A stretch of 64,000 nt of DNA from an uncultured delta proteobacterium (GTDB lineage Bacteria; Desulfobacterota; Desulfobacteria; Desulfobacterales; JAHEIW01). A program made the position numbers and the translations under genes. The notes under the pieces were generated by a model. That model worked only from the letters and a program-made list of their open reading frames with translations. It was not told the origin of the DNA and did no database searches. Location of the stretch: positions 192,001 to 256,000 of the forward strand of contig CAVPNL010000012.1 in assembly GCA_963706575.1 (NCBI GenBank). Reading direction: 5' to 3'. Below are positions 20,024 through 27,956 of the stretch, one piece after another; position 1 is the first letter of the stretch, and every line of letters begins with the position of its first letter.

Positions 20024-20889
20024 CTTGGCTCCTTGTCTAACAATTTATATAGATCCACTGATACGGGAGACTTTGACAAAAATTTTTCAAGCTTTTTATC
20101 TGTTTTCAACTTTTGTTGTTTTTCCGTGTAAGTGCGTTCAAATTCAGATTGATAAGCGTCTAGGGCATTTTCTATAAAGGAAAGGTCGTCAAGCACCTGT
20201 CTGTGTTCCTCCGAGCTAAATGTTCTCTTTGATTCGACAATATCCCTGATCGCTCCGACCCTTTTTCTTGCGAAGATGGGCGGTGTCACTATCATTTCCC
20301 GAGTTTCACGGTATTTAAGCATGTTAAACAGGAGTATTGCTAATGCTGATTTTTTATCAAACTCATCACCATCAACCTTTTCCAATTTCCTTTGCAATGT
20401 GATAACAAATCTTAGGAGTAGAAAAAAAACAGCCTCGCTGTAATGGTTTGCCTCAAACAGCATCTTTTGGTAATCATCCGATGGAATGCCAGGATCAATC
20501 TCGTAGGGATTCCAAGCGGGCAGTGTGGTTTTTGTCCGTTTAATAATTTCAGACGCAAACTCGATGGCGTGAGCATAAGAAGACTCATAAAATTCGGGGT
20601 CAGTCCTCCATTTCCGCAACAGACCGTATGAAACATCACAACTTTTTGCGATATCCTTTAGCGTCCAGTTTGTTATACCAGCCAGCATAGCAGCATAATA
20701 TTTTTTCCGTGAAAAACCGATTTTCTCGCCTTTGGAGGTGCCTGCTCTTGTCGGTTGCTCGTAATCGTGGAGATGATATAGAACATATTCACCAATGAGC
20801 GCAGAGATATTGCTCTCGGGTTTCTGGGTAAGCCGTCTGATCTCCTCCCATAAACGATCTGATTCTGTCATTTTGTTAGATTGTGCCAT
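20020..20889 (-). CDS. Phage/island-type HTH-containing protein
   Basis: WTLKDIAKSCDVSYGLLRKWRTDPEF helix-turn-helix. GGGAG RBS. Confidence 0.7.
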   Translation of the reverse strand: MAQSNKMTESDRLWEEIRRLTQKPESNISALIGEYVLYHLHDYEQPTRAGTSKGEKIGFSRKKYYAAMLAGITNWTLKDIAKSCDVSYGLLRKWRTDPEFYESSYAHAIEFASEIIKRTKTTLPAWNPYEIDPGIPSDDYQKMLFEANHYSEAVFFLLLRFVITLQRKLEKVDGDEFDKKSALAILLFNMLKYRETREMIVTPPIFARKRVGAIRDIVESKRTFSSEEHRQVLDDLSFIENALDAYQSEFERTYTEKQQKLKTDKKLEKFLSKSPVSVDLYKLLDKEPS

Positions 20890-20936
20890 TTCGCTCCCTA
20901 CTGATTGAATCCAGTGTGATAATCAAAAAACAATAT

Positions 20937-20971
20937 AAGTAACATATATAAAAAAATGTTACTTTTGTCAA
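20937..20971 (-). promoter_or_regulatory. Inverted-repeat operator overlapping a TTGACA promoter of the HTH gene
   Basis: aagtaacat (20937-20945) / atgttactt (20956-20964). tgtcaa at 20966-20971. Confidence 0.55.
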
Positions 20972-21169
20972 ATGTTTTTTTCATCAAATTGAATTTTGGG
21001 CAAAAGCTATTGGAATGATTCGATTTTTATACAATTAAGGAAGGGATATTAGAAAACAAAAACCCGCTGCCGAAACTGCGGGTCGTGAGATTCAAAATAT
21101 AATAGTATGGTAAGCAGGGATATAAAATCCAGCCATAAACTGGGCGTAAATTATTATTCGAAAAATTTA

Positions 21170-21580
21170 TTAACCGACTTCATCGGGTTTTTTTATCGCA
21201 AAATTTTTTTCGTTTTTGCTTTTTTCATCATCATTAATTAAAGTTATTAATTTATAATTCCCCTCTTCCTTTGCTGTCACTGGGGAAATAATCATATGAA
21301 ATTGAAATCTAGTATATCCCTTGATGTGTTCTGGGGGGCCACCCTTTACTTTTTTCCCAATCCGATTCCCAGAAGGATCTAAGAGTTCAGCTGAAAAAAT
21401 ATCGCCTCCTTTAATGTTTTCATAATTTATTACAAAACAGAGCTTGGGGAAGGTAAAGGGAAATTTTGGAACAAAGATATCTTTGGCATAAACGCCCATC
21501 ATCGAAATTTTATTTCCCACCTCTTCCCTTATATCATCACAGATTAGTGTGAAATTACATTTCGGTTTTTTCGCTGGCAT
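21170..21580 (-). CDS. DUF6941-like beta-rich protein, third gene of the TA operon
   Basis: LICDDIREEVGNKISMMGVY...FPKLCF...EEGNYKL pattern. Start at MPAKK overlaps the antitoxin 3' end. Confidence 0.7.
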   Translation of the reverse strand: MPAKKPKCNFTLICDDIREEVGNKISMMGVYAKDIFVPKFPFTFPKLCFVINYENIKGGDIFSAELLDPSGNRIGKKVKGGPPEHIKGYTRFQFHMIISPVTAKEEGNYKLITLINDDEKSKNEKNFAIKKPDEVG

Positions 21581-22244
21581 ACCATCCCTCTGAAGAAGCA
21601 TCTGAATTGGAGGAAAACACTTGTTCTGTATCCATCTGCGAAACCCCTGATGAAAATAAACTATCCTCCGCGTATGTCGATTGTGGGTCTCTCACACCCA
21701 AAAAAACCGTCTTAGGTCTCTGTGTGCAAGGATTAGAGATTTGCTGCAACCTGACTTTGTAATCGTCTTGATAAAACTCAGCAATAATTTGATAGAACAT
21801 CTTTGTTTCTTGAAGACGTATCTCAGATAGATTTTTCAGTATTTTTTGCGAATCTTCAATCTTTATTCCCTTATAAATCATATAGGTAGCTCTAATTAAT
21901 CGGTCATTTGTCTCGCTGTGATTTTGAAGGTCATTTTCCCATTTTGAATAAGTTGTGCTCCCTACCCCCAAAGCAGATGCAAATTTTTTTGATGGAAAAT
22001 GCATATTTTTTCTTAAAAATTTAATTTCGCTACCATTTAGCAAAGAATGTTTTTCCAAAAGAACCGACGCAATTAAATCGCTCAGATATCCCACTCGAAA
22101 AATTGAAGGGTACATTATGCCGCAATTGCACTCATAAACGGGAATATTATGGATATTTACGTTGTATAGACCAGATTCTCTATACCAATAATCCCCTATT
22201 TTCGGCTGAATTAATTTGCCACAACCGGGACATTTATTTTTCAT
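21555..22244 (-). CDS. MqsA/YgiT-type zinc-finger + HTH antitoxin with a long C-terminal extension
   Basis: CPGC...YRESGLYNV...ECNCG zinc ribbon. LNGSEIKFLRK...FASALGV...YSKWEN HTH. About 100 further residues, the last ~60 Ser/Asp-rich. Confidence 0.85.
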   Translation of the reverse strand: MKNKCPGCGKLIQPKIGDYWYRESGLYNVNIHNIPVYECNCGIMYPSIFRVGYLSDLIASVLLEKHSLLNGSEIKFLRKNMHFPSKKFASALGVGSTTYSKWENDLQNHSETNDRLIRATYMIYKGIKIEDSQKILKNLSEIRLQETKMFYQIIAEFYQDDYKVRLQQISNPCTQRPKTVFLGVRDPQSTYAEDSLFSSGVSQMDTEQVFSSNSDASSEGWYASEKTEM

Positions 22245-22253
22245 TATACAGTC

Positions 22254-22562
22254 CTATTTGTCCATGATTGTTATACAAGCCACTTCTCGATGACCAACTA
22301 TTACTGTTACTACAGTTGCCTTATCACCATCAATTGCATAACCGGTGGCCTTATATTTCCAATCATCATGCTTTTTATCATATTCTGGGGCTTCGGTAAC
22401 CATGCAATTCGAAAGCAGGTATTCTAGATCCTGCATATCGAATCCCCTTTCTTTCATTCTTTCCTGGCAATGAGATCTTGGTGTAATCCATCCCAATTTA
22501 GCAATCTCCCTGATTTTTTGCTGGGCCTTTTGTGGTGAAAGTCTATATTTATTATCGGTCAT
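22254..22562 (-). CDS. DUF4258-family (RelE-superfamily-like) putative toxin
   Basis: HCQERMKERGFDMQDLEYLL...WKYKATGYAIDG...VVTV...ITIM. Confidence 0.85.
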   Translation of the reverse strand: MTDNKYRLSPQKAQQKIREIAKLGWITPRSHCQERMKERGFDMQDLEYLLSNCMVTEAPEYDKKHDDWKYKATGYAIDGDKATVVTVIVGHREVACITIMDK

Positions 22563-22583
22563 AACAACAAAAAGTCAAGAGAA

Positions 22584-22606
22584 AAAGTTGGTTTTAAACC
22601 AACTTT
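22584..22606. promoter_or_regulatory. Palindromic operator upstream of the TA operon
   Basis: aaagttggttt-t-aaaccaacttt with perfect 11-bp arms. Confidence 0.7.
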
Positions 22607-23043
22607 ACAAAAACTCACGGGTTCATATTTCATCATGGGGATATCTATTTTAAATTTTTAAAACCGTTCTGTGCAAGAAAAAAATAAAAACCCCGACCGA
22701 AATCGAGGCTTAAAAAAATGACATAAAAATGACAATCACACAAAATACTGACAATCAATTTAAAGCCCTATTCCAAATTGGAACTTTAAAAACGGCATGA
22801 AAATATTCCATGTCAGTTAATGTCAGTTCTGATGGTTTTCAGTTTAATTCTAATCCCCCAACTTATTGTATTCCTATATAAAATAAATTTTTGGCCTCCT
22901 GATTTAAAGTCAAGCGAACATTCAACTGCTTGAGCGGTCAAAATTTTGACAACCACCGGTTGCTCCCAATTGATTTTCTCTCCCAATCATAGCGCAGCGC
23001 TTAAGCTCTCAATTATTTCGCAGGGTAGTATGCCGGTATAATA

Positions 23044-23060
23044 TTGGCATGGAAATTGAA
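23044..23060 (+). promoter_or_regulatory. Putative sigma54 promoter
   Basis: TTGGCAT-GGAAA-TTGAA. Upstream dyad gtcaaaattttgac near 22937-22950. Confidence 0.6.
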
Positions 23061-23071
23061 TTAAAAATTAT

Positions 23072-23190
23072 CGAGTGCCCATGGACGTTCAAACAGCTTT
23101 AACCCGTGCGGCATTTGTCTCAAGGGTCTTAACGCCCAGGAAGACGCTCCTCCTTTCACCGCCCCCGGGGCCTAGCTCACCCCGGGGGCC
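23072..23190 (+). ncRNA. Candidate sigma54-dependent sRNA or structured leader
   Basis: Anti-SD-like ctcctcctttc followed by the GC hairpin gcccccgggg...ccccgggggc (23161-23189). Confidence 0.35.
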
Positions 23191-23248
23191 AACATGATAT
23201 CAGCGTTATGGATTAAAAAGTCCTATAAAATGAAAGGTTTAACAAATC

Positions 23249-23440
23249 ATGATTTGCGTGGTGGAATACGGCGAACACATCGGAACCCTGAGAAACCTTT
23301 TTCCCGACAGCCAGCAGGCGCTTGTTTTTGCGAAATGGATTATTGCTTTATCCGATGGTGAATATCGATGTATCGGACCGCATCAGTGGTACTGTCAGGA
23401 GAAAAAGGAATATGTCAAAATCGAAGGCATGGGGAATTGA
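23249..23440 (+). CDS. Small hypothetical protein
   Basis: 63-aa ORF with plausible composition and an AAAGG RBS. Confidence 0.55.
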   Translation: MICVVEYGEHIGTLRNLFPDSQQALVFAKWIIALSDGEYRCIGPHQWYCQEKKEYVKIEGMGN

Positions 23441-23485
23441 AATTTCATCTAACCCGGATTTCGGATAATGGATGAATTTTTCAGT

Positions 23486-23599
23486 TAAAGTTTTCTCTAA
23501 AAGGACCGATCATTAGAACAACAGTGTGCAGGCGGGCACGCTGTTTGATATAATTCCTTAGGGAGGGGGTGGCTCGTAATGGGCCACCCCTATTTTTTT
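23486..23599 (+). ncRNA. Candidate sigma28-promoter sRNA (~80 nt) with terminator
   Basis: TAAA-N15-ACCGATCA (23486-23512). Hairpin aacagtgtgc/gcacgctgtt. Terminator ggggtggctc/gggccacccc + T7. Confidence 0.45.
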
Positions 23600-23759
23600 G
23601 CTTTTTCTCGCCGATCCATAAAAAAACCACCTCTTGACCGCATAGGCTTCCCGAAAACATGAATGATATCGCATTCAGTACCGCAGCGCATAGGGTTGAC
23701 CCGTTCAAAATGAAATCCTATAGTACCATCAGCACATTGGACAGAAAACTCGTAAATTT

Positions 23760-23841
23760 GTCAAATGGTTGACTGGTTAAATAGTCAAAATTGAAAATGT
23801 CCACATACGAATTAACCATTCAACGATTTAACTATTTAACT
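23760..23841. repeat. 8-mer-periodic inverted repeat
   Basis: gtcaaatg gttgactg gttaaata gtcaaa ... ttaaccat tcaacgat ttaactat ttaact. Confidence 0.6.
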
Positions 23842-23880
23842 AAAGCCTAGCGCTTATTTCATGGACAAAAAGGGATCCAA

Positions 23881-24303
23881 ATGATCATGCGAAATCCTGT
23901 TGCTGCGGCCGTTTTGATCACGGCACTGATGGCTGGCAATCATTTTGGCCCGTTGGCGGCTTCAGCAGCTTCAATTGAAGTGCCCCGCATTTCCATTGAA
24001 CGCACCAAACAGATGCTTGCCAACCCGGATGTGGTTATCATCGATGTGCGTACGGTAAAAACCTGGTGGCGCAGTCCCACCAAAATCGAAAATGCGGTAA
24101 GAGAAGAGCCCGGCTCGCTGGAGCGCTGGGCGGAAAAGTACCCCAAAGATAAAACCCTGATTTTTTATTGCACCTGAAAAAATGAGAGAACCAGTGCCCG
24201 GGCGGCACGGCATTTCATAAAAAAAGGCTATCCGAATGTATACGCCCTTAAAGGCGGCTGGTATGCCTGGAAAAAGGCGGGGTACCCGGTAGAAAAAAAA
24301 TAA
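23881..24303 (+). CDS. Rhodanese-related selenoprotein (UGA-Sec at 24175-24177), with signal peptide
   Basis: IIDVRT...LIFYCT-UGA-KNERTSARAA...VYALKGGWYAWKKAGYPVEKK continues in frame to TAA 24301. SECIS-like hairpin gtgcc-cgggc-ggcac at 24194-24208. Confidence 0.85.
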
Positions 24304-24420
24304 GCTTGAAAAATAATTTCTCAGGATATATGTTTTTGGCGGCCACCCCCCTTTTTGAATTCAGAAAAGCAAAAACTCCGGATTATTGTTTACAGCTGGT
24401 ATTTTTCGGGAGAATCATCC

Positions 24421-24621
24421 ATGAGTGGTTTGGATAACTTAATCGCCTTCATCGATAACGGCGGCACCCGCTCGGGCTCTGAGAGACGGCGTTTTTTTGA
24501 AAACGAGTATATGCCCGAAAGACGAATGCGGTATGATCGCAGAAGCGGTGCCGATCGCAGAAGGTCCCTCAACAAAAAAAGAAAGCAGGGTAAAGAGCGC
24601 CGCACCATATTTGTTGACTGA
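24421..24621 (+). CDS. Small Arg-rich protein with tandem RxGx(E/D)RR repeats
   Basis: RSGSERRR, ERRMRYDRRSGADRR, RKQGKERR. GGAGA RBS before ATG 24421. Confidence 0.65.
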   Translation: MSGLDNLIAFIDNGGTRSGSERRRFFENEYMPERRMRYDRRSGADRRRSLNKKRKQGKERRTIFVD

Positions 24622-25206
24622 CACGCTTGCCTGAAAACCAAACACCCGGCAAAACGCTGCCCGCATACCCCCTCTCGCAATCCTCAGGCTGTTAAATCAA
24701 ACTGCCCAGCCATCCCTCGCATCTGATCGCCCGATCGCCCGTGACCATTTTGGACGGAACCGATGGCACCGCTGCTGGCCATATTGATTTCAGGCTTTTG
24801 TAACTTCAACCCTACATTTGGCTCTTCACATATACCCACAAAGGAGTTGGTGCACGTATTCAACAGTTAAGAATACCCTCCATAAATTTTTCCTAACAAA
24901 GCGAATTCGATAAAATCGGCTTATATTAACCAAGGTGCGTCGTTCGGGACGGCCTACAAACCCCGGCCCCAAATGACGAGCTGCCGGTTTGTCAACGATT
25001 TTGGAATTTAAATCGTCCATTGATTTAGATCAAACAGCCCAACCTGGCAAAGTGATAAATAGGCCGCTAAGATTCGTTCGAAGCGTTTTTGTCCCGGCAT
25101 CTGAAAAGAGATACCGGCATTTATTGATTTTTGAAGGAGGATTCATGGCGGACGCGAAATTTGGAACCGGATCACCGGAATCCGCGCCGTCTGGATCGGC
25201 AATAAC

Positions 25207-25485
25207 ATGGCTAAATGCATAGCGGATGAGAAAAACAGTTGTCTGCTCCGTAAAGATGATTACGAAGTCCGGCTGGAGTGCGCAAACTACTGCGTGGCAG
25301 GCTTGATGTCGCGTTGCAGCGCCGGCACGGTCTGGAAAGATCAGAATAGATGCAAATTCGCTGAAAAATCAACCGTTAGCAATCGATGCATGCATTATAT
25401 TGAAGCCATCGGCGGTCACTGTGACTGCGAGCAAGCCCAGAGAGAGCTCAGATGTATCCTGCATGCCAAAGACGATAAGCTTTAG
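25207..25485 (+). CDS. Small Cys-rich hypothetical protein
   Basis: 11 Cys in 92 aa. The strong AGGAGG RBS precedes an out-of-frame ATG at 25145, so the true start may be frameshifted. Confidence 0.55.
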   Translation: MAKCIADEKNSCLLRKDDYEVRLECANYCVAGLMSRCSAGTVWKDQNRCKFAEKSTVSNRCMHYIEAIGGHCDCEQAQRELRCILHAKDDKL

Positions 25486-25525
25486 CGCTTTGTATCGATC
25501 TGCTGAATCGCAACGATCTGGCATT

Positions 25526-25730
25526 AAAAAACCCCCGGGCAGCCCTCACACCACCCGGGGGTGATTTAATTGTGGCCACAGTGAAACATGATCAAAATCC
25601 GAATTCAACTCGTTTAACGATGCCCCGTCGCTGTTCACTATGACCGATGTGGGCAAAACCACTAAGGGGGCTTGCCCTGCCTGCCCTCAAATGATTATTA
25701 CCAATGGCCAGCAACAATCATCTTTGTGCT
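25526..25730 (-). ncRNA. Candidate structured sRNA downstream of an NrdR-box promoter
   Basis: Minus-strand TTGACA (25766-25761), several hairpins, terminator acccccgggt...gcccgggggt-tttttt. Only a 7-codon ATG ORF noticed. Confidence 0.45.
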
Positions 25731-25742
25731 GTAATATTTTTA

Positions 25743-25788
25743 TCACAATATATTGATAAATGTCAAGAAAAAATACTATATGTTGTAT
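25743..25788. promoter_or_regulatory. Tandem NrdR-box-like sites
   Basis: tcacaatatattgata (25743-25758) and atactatatgttgtat (25773-25788) both fit acaCwAtATaTwGtgt and start 30 bp apart. Confidence 0.65.
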
Positions 25789-25838
25789 ATCTATGCGCTT
25801 ATCGACAACCGTAAATTGCGCTAAAATCAAACTTTAAT

Positions 25839-26085
25839 TAGAGGTGGTTTCAAAACCTCAGATTAGGTTCAAGGGTCCCGCTGCAGCGGGATTACATATC
25901 TTATCTTAAAAATATTAATGTATGCATCAAGCGCAGGCCGATCGGGAAAGCGCAGTCCGCCTGAGGCGGATGAGCATTTACCGGAGGCCTGTGCTGCACC
26001 CTAATCTAAAACAATCAGATGCGAATCCCGCTTAGCGGGGCAACGCAGCCATTGGGCCTTAGATGGGGTTTTGAAACCACTTCTA
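25839..26085. mobile_element. MITE with ~19-bp TIRs (TA-bounded) and internal GC palindromes
   Basis: tagaggtggtttcaaaacc ... ggttttgaaaccacttcta. Confidence 0.82.
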
Positions 26086-26212
26086 TTAAATATGAGCATC
26101 TATTGACGAATTATCCAGAAATAGGGCAATATGGCTTTATTCGTTTAATTTTATGTTTATTATTGAACTTTAAAGCCTTTTTCAGGGACTTTTTTAGACT
26201 TTTAGGAGCAAA

Positions 26213-27661
26213 ATGCTGATAAAAATAAAAACACGAATGATTCTTTGGGTGGTTCTGATAGTCGCGATTTCCTCACCGGTCACGGCAGTCACCGATTTGA
26301 CCGAGCTGGTAAAATCCATCCAGCCGGCGGTAGCCACTGTCGTTGTCTATGATGTGAATCGCAATGTCGCCAATCTGGGTACCGGATTCTTCATTGATAA
26401 AACCGGAATTTTAGTAACGAATCATCATGTGCTTCTGGGAAAATTCAGCGCTGAAATCAGAACAGCCGACGGCAGCACCTACCCCGTAAAAACAGTGATT
26501 GCCGAGGATCAAGCAACCGATTTGATAAAAGTCAGGGTCGATATCCCACCCGAAAAGGTCCACTGGTTACCCGTGAGCGCTGAGCCGCCCCTGGTGGCCC
26601 AACACGTGGTTGTCGTAGGCAGCCCGATGGGACTCGAGCAATCTGTCAGTGACGGGATTGTTTCTTCGGTGCGGGAGATACCGGGCCTGGGGACCTTTTA
26701 CCAGATGTCCGCCCCGATATCCCCCGGTTCCAGCGGCAGTCCGGTTGTCAATCTGAAGGGAAACGTTGTCGGTGTGGCAACCTTTCAATTTTTACAGGGT
26801 CAAAATCTAAACTTTGCCATAGCGGGCAATTCCATCCTTGACCTGAAAACCGATAAACCCGGGCAATCACTCTCGGAATGGACCTTCAAACAAAGCAATA
26901 AAAAGTCCCGATTGGCGGAGGAGATGTGCCGCAAAGGATTCAGTTTTTCGATAGGCGGGCAGGATCAGAAAGCCCTCGAATATTTTAAGATGGCAACCGA
27001 AAATGACCCGAACAGTACGACGGCATGGTACGGTCTCGGATATTGTTACGCCGGTAAAGATTCCCACACGGATGCCATCGAAGCGTATAAACAGGCCATT
27101 CGAACAGATCCGACAAACGAGACCTCCCATTTCCATCTGGGAAATTACTACTTCAAAATCGGTCGCTACGAGGACGCGATCGAAACATTCAAACAGGTGG
27201 TTTTGATAAATCCTGAATTCGAAGCCGCGTATTTTAACATCGGATTGATTTACAACAGGGTGGGCCGCGATGAGGAGGCAAAAAAAGCATTCGAAAATGT
27301 GGTTCGCCTCAATCCGCAATCCAAAACAGCCTATTATAATATCGGGGTGGCTTCCACCAAACTGGGCCAATATGAACAGGCTGCCGTCGCTTACCAAAAA
27401 GCAATCGACATCCAGCCGGAATTTGCCGAGGCGCTTTTTAATCTGGGTTTTGTTTACGGCGAGCTGGGCAATACTCAGGATGAAATGGAAGCATATAAAA
27501 AAACCATCCGGGTTGATCCGGATTTTGCGCCCGCTCATTATGCCATCGGGCAGGCCTATTTAGATCAGGGAGATAAGGCCTCCGCACTGGATCAATATAA
27601 AATCCTTAAAAAACTCGATAGCGATATGGCCGATAAATTATTTGAAAAGATTTATCGCTGA
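26213..27661 (+). CDS. Trypsin-like serine protease with C-terminal TPR array, exported
   Basis: LGTGFF, TNHHV, DLI, ISPGSSGSP catalytic triad motifs. About 7 TPRs. Confidence 0.9.
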   Translation: MLIKIKTRMILWVVLIVAISSPVTAVTDLTELVKSIQPAVATVVVYDVNRNVANLGTGFFIDKTGILVTNHHVLLGKFSAEIRTADGSTYPVKTVIAEDQATDLIKVRVDIPPEKVHWLPVSAEPPLVAQHVVVVGSPMGLEQSVSDGIVSSVREIPGLGTFYQMSAPISPGSSGSPVVNLKGNVVGVATFQFLQGQNLNFAIAGNSILDLKTDKPGQSLSEWTFKQSNKKSRLAEEMCRKGFSFSIGGQDQKALEYFKMATENDPNSTTAWYGLGYCYAGKDSHTDAIEAYKQAIRTDPTNETSHFHLGNYYFKIGRYEDAIETFKQVVLINPEFEAAYFNIGLIYNRVGRDEEAKKAFENVVRLNPQSKTAYYNIGVASTKLGQYEQAAVAYQKAIDIQPEFAEALFNLGFVYGELGNTQDEMEAYKKTIRVDPDFAPAHYAIGQAYLDQGDKASALDQYKILKKLDSDMADKLFEKIYR

Positions 27662-27677
27662 GACACAATTTATGGTA

Positions 27678-27950
27678 CTATAAGCTATCTCAAAATTAGC
27701 AGTTCATCTTGGAAGACCGAGAAAAACAAGTTCCAAAGGTGCTCTAAAATTAGAAGTGCCTAAAATGACTAAAATGAATTAAAATGCCTAAAATTATGGT
27801 TTCGCTGCGCTCCATCTTTGATTTAATATGATAGAATTCCTCAACTTTAGGCATTTTAGATCATTTCAAATTTTAGTGCATTTGTTGTTATAAGCACTTT
27901 TTTTAGGTTTAAAACTTTAGCATCCGATGTTAAATGCATTTTTGAAATAG
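27678..27950. mobile_element. MITE-like dispersed repeat, copy 2 (centre inverted relative to copy 1)
   Basis: Outer parts align directly with 642-940. The centre 27793-27845 is the reverse complement of 755-836. Confidence 0.8.
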
Positions 27951-27956
27951 GTACTA

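Larger units (their letters stand above)
12090..22913. mobile_element. Genomic island bounded by 17-bp attL/attR direct repeats
   Basis: tcctgatttaaagtcaa at 12090-12106 and 22897-22913. Arm-like catgtcagtta(a)tgtcagttct at 12207-12227 and 22809-22830. Visibly AT-richer than the flanks, with recombinases and TA cargo. Confidence 0.85.

Noticed and set aside
24925..25000. Possible c-di-GMP-I riboswitch upstream of the Cys-rich gene
   Set aside because: A stem (acaaacc/ggtttgt) exists, but the GGCAAAC...GAAA...GACGCAAAG core is absent. An Rfam scan would be needed.
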